A stretch of 64,000 nucleotides of DNA from an uncultured Bacteroidales bacterium (GCA_964428185.1 CAYRXH010000001.1:13219-77218); one strand, 5' to 3'; shown: positions 1-10,971, counted from the first letter of the stretch. The notes: generated by a model from the letters alone, not told the origin. A program made the numbers and translations.

Positions 1-5
1 ACTTT

Positions 6-1331
6 ATGAATTACTGCCTTTCAGAAGAGAAGCACAAACTCAGGAGTAGAGTCCTTGTGTTGTTGTTCTTCTGTTTTGCTTCAGTATTTGTGAAAGCTCA
101 GGATATTAGTATTGCTGCTGATAATGATAATGTTATTAATAACAGGCAGATTCCCAGTCAACCTGATTCGGGCGGAATTGTACAAAAGGCTGTTCAGCTT
201 GCTCAAAGTATGCATGAAAAGGCACGAAATTATTATGAAATCAGACAGCGCAATATGTTTATTCTGCCCATGGTATCCTGGAACAATTATGATCGCTGGT
301 ATCAGGGGATTTGTGTTTTTTCCAATCCTGTTGCAAAGAAAAGACTCAACTATACTTTCTGTCCATCCTGGTCATTTTCAACGTCTTCTTTTCTGATTTC
401 AGGAAAGATTTCTTATTTGGCACTAGGCAATGAAACGGGAAGATATATTAACCCTGAATTTTCATTCAGATCATATAGCTATGACCGGGCAACAGGCTTA
501 TCACCTGATTATTTGTCATTGCATCCGGGCACTGAATTTTTTTTCGGATATGGTGATTCTGTCAGAACCGGAATCAATGTTAAACTGAAATATCACCATG
601 TTTTTCAGAAACATCTGGTTTGGAATCCAACTCTTGGGCTATATCAGGCTGAGGATAGGAGTTATAATGTATTTCAGGTTCTTGTAAAAACACATTTGCT
701 CAGATTTGCTGATGAAAATAAGCAGACACTGAATCTGGAAATGAATAGGGTGATGGGAAAAATTTCACTAACGGAAGAACATGTTTTCAGAATGGTCAAT
801 CCAAAAAAAAGGCTCTATTTCAGGCTTTTTGCCGGGGCATTTCTTTATTCCCAGCTCCCCTCTGACATTGATTATAGGTTTAGATTGTCAGGGGTGAATG
901 GCAGTGATGATTATATGTATGAATTGCCTTTTTTTGGCAGAAGTGAACCAGATTTCAATATGCTTTCAGGCCAGATGTATCCTTTTGATGGGTATTTTAA
1001 AACACCCACACCCCTTGGTCAGACATGGAACTGGCTGATAGCTGTAAATCTACGGGCTGATCTTCCGGGAATTCTTCCTGTGCAGTTTTATTTTGATGCA
1101 GGGACTTACAGTGATGCCAAAGTTATAGTTCCATCATCCAGCGGTATTCCATGGAATGCAGGTCTTGTTGTGACAATTAGAAAAGATATTGCTGAAATTT
1201 ATATACCTTTGTTTTTTTCAAATGATATCCGGGATGTTTTTGAACTCAACAATGTAAATTTCCTCAGGAGGATAACATGGATGGTTCGCTTTGATAAACT
1301 TTCAATCACCGAATTGTTAAAGAAAAAATGA
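6..1331 (+). CDS. hypothetical secreted protein
   Basis: 441-aa ORF with a hydrophobic N-terminus (LVLLFFCFASVFVKAQ) typical of a signal peptide. Its stop overlaps the lpxH start (ATGA at 1328-1331). No family recognised. Confidence 0.5.
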   Translation: MNYCLSEEKHKLRSRVLVLLFFCFASVFVKAQDISIAADNDNVINNRQIPSQPDSGGIVQKAVQLAQSMHEKARNYYEIRQRNMFILPMVSWNNYDRWYQGICVFSNPVAKKRLNYTFCPSWSFSTSSFLISGKISYLALGNETGRYINPEFSFRSYSYDRATGLSPDYLSLHPGTEFFFGYGDSVRTGINVKLKYHHVFQKHLVWNPTLGLYQAEDRSYNVFQVLVKTHLLRFADENKQTLNLEMNRVMGKISLTEEHVFRMVNPKKRLYFRLFAGAFLYSQLPSDIDYRFRLSGVNGSDDYMYELPFFGRSEPDFNMLSGQMYPFDGYFKTPTPLGQTWNWLIAVNLRADLPGILPVQFYFDAGTYSDAKVIVPSSSGIPWNAGLVVTIRKDIAEIYIPLFFSNDIRDVFELNNVNFLRRITWMVRFDKLSITELLKKK

Positions 1332-2092
1332 GTACACTGAGAAATTCTGTTTATTTTGTGTCTGATATGCATTTTGGAATTCCTGACAGAATATCCTCCT
1401 CCATACGTGAAGCAAAGTTTGTCAGATGGCTTGAAATGATCAGAAGAGATGCATCCGATATTTACATAATGGGAGATCTTTTTGATTTCTGGTTTGAATG
1501 GAAACATGTTGTACCTAAAGGATATATCAGACTTCTGGGCAAAATTTCAGAATTGTCTCAGCAAGGGATCAGGTTTCATTTTTTTACAGGGAATCATGAT
1601 ATGTGGATGTTTTCATATTTTAAGGATGAGTTTGGAGCAACAATTTACCGGAATGATTTGAAAATAGAAATTCATGGGAAAAGATTATATCTTTCTCATG
1701 GTGATGGACTGGGACCAGGTGATAACGGATATAAACTGATCAGGAAAATATTCAGAAATACATTGGCCCAATGGATATATGCACGTTTACATCCAAATTT
1801 TGCTGTGTGGCTTGCTTTGTTTTTCAGCAGAAAAAGCCGTTATGCAAATCAGAAACGTAACAGTGTCAATGAAAGAAGGGAGAGAAAACTGACAGACAAT
1901 CAGATTGTTCATTCAAAAAAAGTGCTTTTATCAGAACACATTGATTTTTTCATTTTCGGCCATCAACACAGTCCTTTGTATGAAGAAATTTCAGAGGGCA
2001 GTATTCTGATCAATATCGGAAACTGGCTGCATGATTATACCTATCTCCGGATGAATGATGGAGTTGTAGAACAACTTGTTTTTAAGGAGTAA
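1328..2092 (+). CDS. lpxH: UDP-2,3-diacylglucosamine diphosphatase (calcineurin-like metallophosphoesterase)
   Basis: Metallophosphoesterase motifs SDMHFG, GDLFDFWFEW, GNHD, SHGD and GHQH. Sits next to lpxC/fabZ/lpxD. Confidence 0.8.
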   Translation: MSTLRNSVYFVSDMHFGIPDRISSSIREAKFVRWLEMIRRDASDIYIMGDLFDFWFEWKHVVPKGYIRLLGKISELSQQGIRFHFFTGNHDMWMFSYFKDEFGATIYRNDLKIEIHGKRLYLSHGDGLGPGDNGYKLIRKIFRNTLAQWIYARLHPNFAVWLALFFSRKSRYANQKRNSVNERRERKLTDNQIVHSKKVLLSEHIDFFIFGHQHSPLYEEISEGSILINIGNWLHDYTYLRMNDGVVEQLVFKE

Positions 2093-2114
2093 GATCAGAT
2101 AAAGAAAGCGGATA

Positions 2115-2600
2115 CTATTTCTCAGGCTTTCTTACAATAGATGCCAGCATCTCGGCTTCAACAGCTACTTCGCCAGCCACCCAGCCCTTGCCTTTCATAT
2201 GACACAGTCCTCTGCGGATTGGGGAAACAAGTTCAAGGTCAAAAATGATGGTGTCTCCGGGTACAATTTTTTTGCGAAATTTGACGCCATCAATTTTCAT
2301 AAAATAAGTGAGATAATTCTCGGGGTCCGGAACAGTACTCAGAATGAAAATTCCACCTGTCTGGGCCATGGCTTCAATCTGAATGACACCGGGAAAAACA
2401 GGTTCATCGGGGAAGTGTCCCACAAAGAACGACTCATTCATTGTTACATTTTTAATTCCGGTAACACCTGTTTCACGCAGTTCAGTGATTTTATCAACAA
2501 ATAAAAATGGAGGTCTGTGTGGCAGCAGCCTCATAATTCCATTTACATCATGGACTGGGGGGATTTCCGGATTATATACCGGAATTCTTTCTGTTGTCAT
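2115..2600 (-). CDS. fabZ: 3-hydroxyacyl-ACP dehydratase
   Basis: Hot-dog fold motifs LPHRPPFLFVDKI, FFVGHFP and PGVIQIEAMAQ. Its ATG overlaps the lpxC stop by 4 nt. Confidence 0.85.
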   Translation of the reverse strand: MTTERIPVYNPEIPPVHDVNGIMRLLPHRPPFLFVDKITELRETGVTGIKNVTMNESFFVGHFPDEPVFPGVIQIEAMAQTGGIFILSTVPDPENYLTYFMKIDGVKFRKKIVPGDTIIFDLELVSPIRRGLCHMKGKGWVAGEVAVEAEMLASIVRKPEK

Positions 2601-3514
2601 ATTCCGTTCATTAAATGTTTACGAATGATTTTGGCAAAATCAGTATTTGTTTTATGCCCCGGTCGATGGGCAATAACATGTCCATAAAACGGGATGCCTA
2701 CCAGGGTGAGATCACCCAGAATGTCTACAAGTTTATGTCTTGCAGGCTCATTTTCAAAGCGTAGATCTACATTGTTAAGAATTCCTTCTTTGAGAACCTT
2801 GATATCGGGCATATTAAAATACTGAATCAATCGTTGCTGTTCATCATCTGAGATGACATGATCTATGAAAATGATTGCATTCTGAAGATCGCCCCCTTTA
2901 ATAAGCCCGTGTTTCAACATTGGCTCAATTTCATGAAGAAAAGCAAAAGTACGGGCAGGGGCAAACTGATCAGCAAACTCATCAATATTGTTCATTGTTA
3001 CTTTTTGGGGCGGAATAATCTGGGATTTGTAATCAATGGTACATGAGATTTTAAATTCATTGCAAGGTTCAATTGAAATGTGAACATCTTTTTCAGCGTT
3101 GTAAATTTCAAACACTTTATTGATGTGAAAAACCTTTTTTTCATCTTCCAGTTCAATGATTCCGGCACTTTTTAAGAGTTCAACATATCCGCTTGCGCTG
3201 CCGTCAATGATGGGTATTTCCTCGCAATTGATTTCAATGCAAATATTATCAATATCCATTCCGGAGATTGCAGCAAGCAAATGTTCAATAGTCTTCACAG
3301 TGACATAGCCGTTGCTGATGGTAGTTCCGCGTGATGTGTCTGTTACAAAATCTGCGATCGCCTGAATTGTATTATCGCCTGCTAGGTCTGTTCTGATAAA
3401 GCGGATACCCTGCCCTGCTTTGGCAGGTAAAAACCTTAAATGAACCTCATTGCCGGTATGCAGACCTTTGCCATGCAGTTCCCTGACACAACCTATGGTT
3501 TTTTGTTTCTCCAT
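2597..3514 (-). CDS. lpxC: UDP-3-O-acyl-N-acetylglucosamine deacetylase
   Basis: 305 aa with LpxC-type motifs GLHTGNEV, TIEHLLAAISG and AHRPGHKTN. Confidence 0.85.
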   Translation of the reverse strand: MEKQKTIGCVRELHGKGLHTGNEVHLRFLPAKAGQGIRFIRTDLAGDNTIQAIADFVTDTSRGTTISNGYVTVKTIEHLLAAISGMDIDNICIEINCEEIPIIDGSASGYVELLKSAGIIELEDEKKVFHINKVFEIYNAEKDVHISIEPCNEFKISCTIDYKSQIIPPQKVTMNNIDEFADQFAPARTFAFLHEIEPMLKHGLIKGGDLQNAIIFIDHVISDDEQQRLIQYFNMPDIKVLKEGILNNVDLRFENEPARHKLVDILGDLTLVGIPFYGHVIAHRPGHKTNTDFAKIIRKHLMNGI

Positions 3515-3559
3515 GTCGGCTGCAAAAATACAATAATTGTTGAAACGAAAAGGAATTTT

Positions 3560-4597
3560 TTATTTCTGTGTTTTGAGTTTTTCTTCAAGATTCTTGATTC
3601 TGTTTTGCATATCTTCAAGGTTCTTAAAAAGTACAAAGGCTCGTTTGTATTTTGATGCGTCAATGGCCGGCGAGCCCATGACCATTGATTTATCTCTCAG
3701 ATTTGCAGCAATTCCTGACTGGGCCGCAATCATGACCTGGTTGCCAACGGTAATGTGTCCTGATAAACCAGCTTGTCCTCCGATCATGCAGTGATTGCCA
3801 ACTTTCGTTGAGCCCGAAAACCCTGCCTGTGATGCCACAACTGTATGCTTTCCGATTTCACAGTTATGTGCAACCATGATTAGATTGTCAAGTTTTGTCC
3901 CCTGTCTGATGATGGTTGATCCCATGGTCGCTCTGTCAATAGTAGTGTTGGCACCGATTTCAACCATATCTTCAATGATTACATTCCCAAGCTGTGGAAT
4001 TTTTGTATAAATGCCTTCATTTGAAGGTGCAAAACCAAATCCGTCAGAACCGATAACAACTCCTGAATGAATCATACAGCCATTGCCGATTTGAGTCTGG
4101 TTGTACAGTTTCACTCCTGAGTATAGTGTGGTTCCGTTTCCGATAATACAATGATCATCTACGAAGGTATGAGGATAAATACAAACTTCTTTGCCGATCT
4201 TAACATGTTCACCGATCACTACAAACTCTCCAATCCACACACTTTCCTTGTTTTCAAAACTCACTGATGGGTGAATTACTGCTGTGGATGCTATTCCGGT
4301 TTTTTTTGTGTTCAGGGTTTGCTGTATCATCTGAAGCAAACCTGTGAACGCAGCATAAGGATCTTCCACTCTTATCAGAGTAGATTGAACCGGCTGTGCA
4401 GGAACAAAGTCTGTTTTCACCAACACTATTGAAGCTTCAGTTGAATAAATAAATTTTGTATAAGCAGGATTTGCAAGAAAACTAAGAGTGCCTGGTTTGC
4501 CATCATCAATTTTGGATACAGAATACACTTCTGTATGGGGATTTCCTTCAATTGTACCATTGAGAAAATCGGATATTTGTTGCGCAGTAAATTTCAT
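3560..4597 (-). CDS. lpxD: UDP-3-O-acylglucosamine N-acyltransferase
   Basis: 345 aa with a long run of left-handed beta-helix hexapeptide repeats (IGxxxxIG pattern) and an LpxD-like N-terminus. Lies in the lipid A cluster. Confidence 0.9.
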   Translation of the reverse strand: MKFTAQQISDFLNGTIEGNPHTEVYSVSKIDDGKPGTLSFLANPAYTKFIYSTEASIVLVKTDFVPAQPVQSTLIRVEDPYAAFTGLLQMIQQTLNTKKTGIASTAVIHPSVSFENKESVWIGEFVVIGEHVKIGKEVCIYPHTFVDDHCIIGNGTTLYSGVKLYNQTQIGNGCMIHSGVVIGSDGFGFAPSNEGIYTKIPQLGNVIIEDMVEIGANTTIDRATMGSTIIRQGTKLDNLIMVAHNCEIGKHTVVASQAGFSGSTKVGNHCMIGGQAGLSGHITVGNQVMIAAQSGIAANLRDKSMVMGSPAIDASKYKRAFVLFKNLEDMQNRIKNLEEKLKTQK

Positions 4598-4680
4598 AAA
4601 AAAAACTTTACTGCGAATTTAAATAAAATTTTTGCTGTATTCCTGATTTCTTCAAAAAAACAAATGGTCACACAAAGGAA

Positions 4681-5844
4681 TTAATAAAGAAAACTGAGCA
4701 GAACTCCGGCTGCAACAGCACTTCCGATAACACCGGCCACATTGGGCGCCATGGCATGCATCAGCAGATGATTGGTAGGGTCATAATGTAGACCTAGCTG
4801 TTGAGATACTCTTGCGCTGTCAGGAACAGCAGAAACCCCTGCACTTCCGATGAGCGGGTTGATTTTATTTCCTGTTTTTAGAAACAGGTTCATCAATTTG
4901 ACAAACAAAATGCCAGTAATTGTGGCAATTATAAATGATGCAGCGCCAAGTGCAAAGATGCCAATAGATTTAGTGTTCAGAAAGGTGGTTGCCTGTGTGG
5001 AAGCTCCAACGGTGAGACCAATGAGTATGGTGACAATGTTAATGAGAGGTCCGGCAGCAGTATCTGCAAGCCTGTTGGTAACTCCACTTTCTTTCAAAAG
5101 ATTCCCGAAGAATAGCATCCCGAGCAGAGGCAGCCCGCTGGGAACAAGAAAACAAGTGAGAAGGATACCAACAATTGGGAACAGAATCTTTTCACGTTTG
5201 CTCACTGCTCGTGGTGTTTTCATTCTTATCATTCTCTCCTTTGGGGTTGTCAGAAGTTTCATAATCGGAGCCTGAATAACCGGAACAAGAGCCATATAGG
5301 AATATGCAGAGATAGCAATGGCACCAATCAGTTCGGGTGCCAGCTTGGACGAGAGGAAAATGGCAGTGGGGCCATCAGCACCACCAATGATACCAATGGC
5401 ACCGGCTTCACTTGGAGAAAAACCAAGGGCAAGAGCAGAAATATAGGCACCAAAAATACCAAACTGGGTGGCAGCACCAATGAGTATGAGTCTTGGATTT
5501 GAAATGAGTGTTGAAAAATCAGTCATTGCACCAATACCAAGAAAAATCAATGGTGGATAAACACCCTGTATAACACCGAAATATAGATAATTCAGCACAC
5601 TTCCTTGTTCGTAAATTCCAATTTTTAGTCCCGGATAAAAGGGGATATTGCCCACAATAATCCCAAAGCCAATGGGGACAAGGAGCATGGGTTCATATTC
5701 TTTAGCAATTGCCAGATAAATAAAAATAAGCCCGATGGCAATCATGAACAGATGACCCCATGTTATATTCCCAAAAGCAGAATAATCAATAAACTGGATG
5801 ATATGGTCGATGACAAAACTGAAAAAACTACCTATTTCCTGCAT
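4681..5844 (-). CDS. mmdB: sodium ion-translocating decarboxylase, beta subunit
   Basis: 387-aa polytopic membrane protein with OadB/MmdB-like segments (GIGAMTDF, GGADGPTAIF). Last gene of the decarboxylase operon. Confidence 0.85.
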   Translation of the reverse strand: MQEIGSFFSFVIDHIIQFIDYSAFGNITWGHLFMIAIGLIFIYLAIAKEYEPMLLVPIGFGIIVGNIPFYPGLKIGIYEQGSVLNYLYFGVIQGVYPPLIFLGIGAMTDFSTLISNPRLILIGAATQFGIFGAYISALALGFSPSEAGAIGIIGGADGPTAIFLSSKLAPELIGAIAISAYSYMALVPVIQAPIMKLLTTPKERMIRMKTPRAVSKREKILFPIVGILLTCFLVPSGLPLLGMLFFGNLLKESGVTNRLADTAAGPLINIVTILIGLTVGASTQATTFLNTKSIGIFALGAASFIIATITGILFVKLMNLFLKTGNKINPLIGSAGVSAVPDSARVSQQLGLHYDPTNHLLMHAMAPNVAGVIGSAVAAGVLLSFLY

Positions 5845-5848
5845 AGTA

Positions 5849-6286
5849 CTAATCTCCTATGGTCATTAATGTGTCACCTTCTTTCACAGCATCTCCTTTT
5901 GAACAGTCAACTGATTGAATTGTTCCTTCGCGGTCAGCATACAGAACGTTCTCCATTTTCATTGCTTCAAGGGTTAGGATTTTTTGTCCCATGTTTACAT
6001 AATCACCTGTTTTTACATATATTTCCAGAATTGTTCCAGGAAGTGGTGATTTTATAGTGCTACTACTCTTAGGCGAATCGGAAGCATTTGTTTTGGCTTT
6101 TGCACTTTCAGAACCGTGTACAGCAGACGAATGGACAAGTTTCGGAGTTTTTTGTTGCTGAATACTCCTGTCTATCTGTACTTCGTATATGGTTCCGTTT
6201 ACATTGACCTGTGCAATGTTATCTTCGATAGTTCCAATTTCAACATCGTACTGATTTTCGTTGATAGTAAACTTGAATTTTTTCAT
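5849..6286 (-). CDS. mmdC: biotin carboxyl carrier subunit of the decarboxylase
   Basis: C-terminal biotinyl domain with the EAMKMEN biotin-lysine motif. Confidence 0.8.
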   Translation of the reverse strand: MKKFKFTINENQYDVEIGTIEDNIAQVNVNGTIYEVQIDRSIQQQKTPKLVHSSAVHGSESAKAKTNASDSPKSSSTIKSPLPGTILEIYVKTGDYVNMGQKILTLEAMKMENVLYADREGTIQSVDCSKGDAVKEGDTLMTIGD

Positions 6287-7197
6287 AATTTATTGCTGCT
6301 TGAGGGATTGTTTCTTAATCCGTAAATCTTTGAACTCCATGGAGAGTAAGGTCTGGATATTTTCTTGATGGTTATGGTGGTATGCTCAAAATCATGATTT
6401 TGAGCGACATACATGCTTAAGGCCATGGCTATGGCTGCATTCACTTCTCCTGAAAGAACCACTGTTTCAGTCTTTTGGGATAACTGATGCTTATCAGAAT
6501 GTTTCACTTTCACAGAAATCTTTTTCTGATTCAGGTAGCCTACTAACCGATAAATATAGTAGAGTAAAATAAGTGCTCCGAAGACAACAGACATTGAGAT
6601 AATTGTCAGGGCACCCCCCCATGGATCAAGACGACCAAACATTTCAGCAGTTGTTTCTCCAATCTCAGTAATATTGCTTGAGTTTGGAGTTGATTTATTC
6701 ATGAAACTCCATTCATCTCCACCATCAATGGTTCTACCATAAGTAATATCTGTTGTTTGTTTTGGGTAATGAATCTCATTGAGCAATGTTTTTCCATCAC
6801 TATCATAAATGCCAATATAACCAGATTCTGAAAGGAGAAAGTTAAGATGAAAAATGCCTCTTGTAGGCTTATTATCTGCATAAAAAATGACAAAGCTTCT
6901 TGGATTCAATACTGTTGCGTTTCCTGCATCAGGGATCCTGTATTTTGTTGTGTTTGCAGGATCATTAGTAATGTACATTTTTGCAATGTTCACTGGGTTA
7001 TAGGCAGGATTGAACAATTCTATCCATGCTGAATGACACCCAAAATCATCAATGTAGTTGGAATCATTAAAAACCAGAAATTCATTGATAAGGATCATTC
7101 TGTTTCCCTGTGCAGAAGTTATTCTGGCAGAAAAAACAACTATAATGATGGAAAGGATTACCAATCTGAAACCTTGTGTTCTCATTTCTGATATCAT
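6283..7197 (-). CDS. lamin-tail-like domain protein with a C-terminal OadG-like membrane anchor
   Basis: Signal or anchor at the N-terminus, a beta-rich domain, then a TM segment (LTIISMSVVFGALILLYYIY) resembling the small OadG/MmdD subunit. Sits between the carboxyltransferase and the biotin carrier. Confidence 0.5.
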   Translation of the reverse strand: MISEMRTQGFRLVILSIIIVVFSARITSAQGNRMILINEFLVFNDSNYIDDFGCHSAWIELFNPAYNPVNIAKMYITNDPANTTKYRIPDAGNATVLNPRSFVIFYADNKPTRGIFHLNFLLSESGYIGIYDSDGKTLLNEIHYPKQTTDITYGRTIDGGDEWSFMNKSTPNSSNITEIGETTAEMFGRLDPWGGALTIISMSVVFGALILLYYIYRLVGYLNQKKISVKVKHSDKHQLSQKTETVVLSGEVNAAIAMALSMYVAQNHDFEHTTITIKKISRPYSPWSSKIYGLRNNPSSSNKL

Positions 7198-8756
7198 TAA
7201 AGTGGGAGATTGGAATGTTTTTTCGGAGGATTAAGTTCCTTTTTGGTTGCAAATGCCTGAAGGGCCTTGATCACTCTGAAGCGGGTATTTCTGGGTTCAA
7301 TCACGTCGTCGATGAATCCGTATTTTGCAGCCTGATATGGTGATGCAAATTTTTCCATGTATTCTTTTTCCTTTTCAGCAATATATTTGGCCCGTTCTTC
7401 GGCATTATCAATGGATCTGATTTTTTTTCCTTCAAGGATTTCAATTGCTCCTTTTGCCCCCATAACAGCAATTTCAGCTGTTGGCCATGCATAATTAATA
7501 TCTGCTCTCAGCTGTTTTGATCCCATCACATCATGAGCTCCTCCGTATGATTTACGAAGTGTGATTGTAATTTTGGGAACGGTCGCTTCGCCATATGCAT
7601 ACAATAATTTTGCTCCGTTCAGGATTATACCTCCATATTCCTGTGCAGTTCCGGGGAGAAAACCGGGTACATCCACAAGAGTTACAATGGGAATATTGAA
7701 TGCATCGCAGAACCTCACAAATCGTGCTCCCTTTCTCGAGGCTTCAATATCCAGAACACCTGCAAGGTAGTTTGGCTGATTGGCAACGATACCAACGGGC
7801 ATCCCGTTAAACCTTGAAAATCCAACCACAATGTTGGGTGAATAATGTTTGTGGATTTCCAGAAACTCACTGTTATCTACAATGCTATGAATGATATCCT
7901 TCACATCATACGGTTTGTTGGGATTTTCAGGAATGATGTAGTTTAACGAATCTTCAAGTCTGTCAATTGGGTCATCACAACTGACAATAGGAGGATCTTC
8001 AAGATTATTTTGCGGAAGATAACTCAAAAGTTTTCGTATAAGTAGAATGCCCTCTTCTTCATTATCAGCAATCAGATGTGCTACACCGGATTTTGAGGCA
8101 TGAACCATCGCTCCTCCAAGTTCCTGATCGGTGACTACTTCACCTGTGACAGTTTTTACCACTTTCGGACCGGTAACAAACATATAACTGTTTTCTTTCG
8201 ACATTATAATGAAATCAGTAAGGGCAGGAGAGTAAACTGCACCGCCGGCACAGGGTCCAAATATTGCTGAAATCTGCGGAATGACACCGGAAGCAAGAAT
8301 ATTCCGCTGGAAAATATTTGCATATCCGCCAAGACTTTTAATTCCCTCCTGAATACGTGCACCACCACTATCATTGAACCCGATAACAGGCGCTCCCACT
8401 TTCATTGCCTGATCCATGATCTTACATATTTTGTTGGCAAATGTTTCTGAAAGAGAACCGCCAAAAACGGTAAAATCATGAGAGAACACAAAAACCAGAC
8501 GACCATCGATGGTGCCGTATCCAGTGACAACACCGTCTGAAAGAAAATGCTGCTTTTCAAGTCCAAAATCATAACAACGGTGAGAAACAAACATATCAAA
8601 TTCTTCAAAACTCCCTTCGTCAAGCAAAAGGTCAAGCCTTTCCCTAGCAGTGAGTTTTCCCTTTGAATGCTGGGCCTCAATACGTTCAAGACCACCACCC
8701 ATTCGCGCCATATCTCGCTTGTTTAGCAATTCGGCTATTTTATCTTCTTTCGGCAT
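7197..8756 (-). CDS. mmdA: methylmalonyl-CoA decarboxylase alpha subunit (acyl-CoA carboxyltransferase)
   Basis: 519 aa, with carboxyltransferase N and C domains recognisable over the full length ([27 protein letters not shown]). Confidence 0.85.
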   Translation of the reverse strand: MPKEDKIAELLNKRDMARMGGGLERIEAQHSKGKLTARERLDLLLDEGSFEEFDMFVSHRCYDFGLEKQHFLSDGVVTGYGTIDGRLVFVFSHDFTVFGGSLSETFANKICKIMDQAMKVGAPVIGFNDSGGARIQEGIKSLGGYANIFQRNILASGVIPQISAIFGPCAGGAVYSPALTDFIIMSKENSYMFVTGPKVVKTVTGEVVTDQELGGAMVHASKSGVAHLIADNEEEGILLIRKLLSYLPQNNLEDPPIVSCDDPIDRLEDSLNYIIPENPNKPYDVKDIIHSIVDNSEFLEIHKHYSPNIVVGFSRFNGMPVGIVANQPNYLAGVLDIEASRKGARFVRFCDAFNIPIVTLVDVPGFLPGTAQEYGGIILNGAKLLYAYGEATVPKITITLRKSYGGAHDVMGSKQLRADINYAWPTAEIAVMGAKGAIEILEGKKIRSIDNAEERAKYIAEKEKEYMEKFASPYQAAKYGFIDDVIEPRNTRFRVIKALQAFATKKELNPPKKHSNLPL

Positions 8757-8764
8757 ATGGATTT

Positions 8765-9172
8765 TTATTTTTTATGTTCACAAATTTCCATTAATACTCC
8801 ACCGGTTGAACGGGGATGCAAAAAAGCAATGTCCAAACCTTCGGCTCCGCGACGGGGTGTTTTATCAATAAGCTGTACATCTGAGGCTTCTAGTTCTGAA
8901 AGATCCTTAACGATGTCTTCGCTTGCAAAGGCAATATGATGAATCCCCTCGCCTTTCTTTTCAATGAACTTTCCTATGGGACCTTCAGTATCTGTGGATT
9001 CAAGCAACTCTATCTTAGTTTGACCAACCTGAAAAAAAGCAGTTTTTACCTTCTGGTCTTTCACTTCTTCAATGCCATAGCATTTCAGCCCCAACTTTTC
9101 CTCATAGAAACGGATGCTCTTCTCCAAGTCAGACACCGCAATTCCTATGTGCTCGATATGAGTAATTTTCAT
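8765..9172 (-). CDS. mce: methylmalonyl-CoA epimerase (VOC/glyoxalase fold)
   Basis: 135 aa starting HIEHIGIAV and carrying IHHIAF. First gene of the mmd operon. Confidence 0.8.
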   Translation of the reverse strand: MKITHIEHIGIAVSDLEKSIRFYEEKLGLKCYGIEEVKDQKVKTAFFQVGQTKIELLESTDTEGPIGKFIEKKGEGIHHIAFASEDIVKDLSELEASDVQLIDKTPRRGAEGLDIAFLHPRSTGGVLMEICEHKK

Positions 9173-9186
9173 ATTGCAGTTTTTTG

Positions 9187-9194
9187 CAAAAATA
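9187..9194 (-). promoter_or_regulatory. candidate Bacteroidota -7 promoter box (TATTTTTG) for the epimerase/mmd operon
   Basis: Matches TAnnTTTG on the minus strand, 15 nt upstream of the ATG at 9172. Confidence 0.35.
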
Positions 9195-9298
9195 ATGGAA
9201 TTTCAATAGTACTTATAAATAATGGTTCACTTTTTTTTCAAAATAGACAAATATCTTTCATTATAGGTTAAGATGTTGTTATGTTGGGATAGATTTTG

Positions 9299-10960
9299 TC
9301 AATACAAAGACCATGTAATTTCTAATTCCCAACCAGACTTGATTATTACTCTGCCTGAAGACTTATAACTCCGCTCAGGTTGCTTCCTTTCAGAAAAATT
9401 ACCGGTGTCCCATTTCTGATTACAATTCCGATCAGAGAAAATCTTCAGAAAATAATCGCCAGGTATGAGCCCTTGATAGGTTCTGATATGTTTGAATTCA
9501 TTTTCCCCATAACAGTGCTTGTAAACGACTTCTTTTCGGGCATTGAAAAATTCAATACAATGGCATTCGTTCAAACTGTCAGTAAATATTATGTTCAGGG
9601 TGCCGTAATAATCTTCAAAAGTACTGGTGATTTTGAATGAAACAGAGTCGTTGCTCAGACCAAAGCAATCACTGATTGCGCCTTTGTTAAAAATGATTTC
9701 ATATTCAGTGTTCTCTTTCTGGTTAAATACTACACCAATGTTATGTGGATCATTCGTTGAAAAAAACAATAGCTTATTCAGGGTATCATTTTTCGTGATG
9801 AGAAGTACTGAATCATTGTTTATAGAATAAAGCGGATTTGATGATCTGAAAAATACTGTATCACCCAAATGGAAATGATTATCATCAAATCCATTTTTCA
9901 ACGACAATTTCGGAGGAAGATAACTGTCCTGCACAACACTTCCCCTTCCGGTCAGTTTCAGTGAAAGATTCAGTGTGTCCAGTACTTGTCCGGAAGCAGA
10001 AATGACAACCCGGGCAAAATCTTTTTTCTGCCCTGCGAACCAGATATTCAGCGTGTCGGAGGTTTCATTGAGCAGCCAGAAAACACTGTCGGCTACATTG
10101 TCATCCAATACTTCTACATGAGGAAGTGTCACGGGCATATTCAGAGCAAGCTGATGTAGTCCCCTTCTTGTCCTTGAAAATTTCAGTATTTTCAGCACTG
10201 TATCCTGTTCAAAAAATAGTCTGACAGGCTGGTCGAGCACAACAGTATTTGATATTGTTGTGTCGTTGATCTGTAATTGTTTAACATGAACGGTTGCAGG
10301 GAAAAAACCAGCCATTTCTTCGTAACTGTTGAGGGTATGACTTTGATCCTTGTCGCTCAGTGCATACAGTGAATAATTTCCGGGGGGAAGCAGGTGAAAC
10401 ATAAAAACTCCCTGCACATCGCTGAATGCAATATAGGAAAACTGTTTTTTTAGCAGTGCTGAATCCGGATTTTCGGGGAAAAGATACACAACTGAGTTTT
10501 CAAGAGGCTCACCTGTGGCAGCATTGATTATACGTCCCTGAAGATTCAGACTGTCAAATGAGTTTCCTGTGGAGAATACAAACTGTAAAGTTTTAAGGAC
10601 ATTTCCCTCATGAAAATCGACAACAGCATTATTTAGAACAAGAGTATAAGACTGTTGATTTTTCAGTTCTTCAGGAAGCTTGATGATCAGGCGTTTTCCT
10701 TTGATCTTATATTCAATTTTGCCGTCATGAAGAGGGTTCAGAAAAATATTTGTTTCAGGTGATTTTAAAGTAAAAAATTCATCAAATGTAATTTCAATTG
10801 TTTCTGAAGAGAAATTTGTCAGACCACCCTCTGGTTCAAAAACCAGCACAAGGGGTGGTTCAGTATCTGCAGGTCCTCCTGTGGGGGCGACAACTTTTGC
10901 ACAAGTAGCAACCATCACTGCAACGAAAACTAAGATACCCAATTTACGAAGAAATACCAT
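9299..10960 (-). CDS. Ig-like domain lipoprotein, function unknown
   Basis: Signal peptide ending VATC (lipobox-like), followed by APTGGPADTEPPLVL, which is typical of Bacteroidota Ig-like lipoproteins. Confidence 0.5.
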   Translation of the reverse strand: MVFLRKLGILVFVAVMVATCAKVVAPTGGPADTEPPLVLVFEPEGGLTNFSSETIEITFDEFFTLKSPETNIFLNPLHDGKIEYKIKGKRLIIKLPEELKNQQSYTLVLNNAVVDFHEGNVLKTLQFVFSTGNSFDSLNLQGRIINAATGEPLENSVVYLFPENPDSALLKKQFSYIAFSDVQGVFMFHLLPPGNYSLYALSDKDQSHTLNSYEEMAGFFPATVHVKQLQINDTTISNTVVLDQPVRLFFEQDTVLKILKFSRTRRGLHQLALNMPVTLPHVEVLDDNVADSVFWLLNETSDTLNIWFAGQKKDFARVVISASGQVLDTLNLSLKLTGRGSVVQDSYLPPKLSLKNGFDDNHFHLGDTVFFRSSNPLYSINNDSVLLITKNDTLNKLLFFSTNDPHNIGVVFNQKENTEYEIIFNKGAISDCFGLSNDSVSFKITSTFEDYYGTLNIIFTDSLNECHCIEFFNARKEVVYKHCYGENEFKHIRTYQGLIPGDYFLKIFSDRNCNQKWDTGNFSERKQPERSYKSSGRVIIKSGWELEITWSLY

Positions 10961-10971
10961 CAGAAGTACAA

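Noticed and set aside
112-396. Short ORFs lying inside or antisense to larger well-supported genes. Examples: 112-396, 2199-2504, 2383-2628, 3795-4010, 4850-5275, 7561-7770, 15554-15838, 18111-18395, 25450-25638, 35459-35701, 43034-43366, 57069-57299.
   Set aside because: They overlap genes with clear family motifs. Their translations are low-complexity or cysteine/arginine-rich shadow frames, and none has a recognisable domain.
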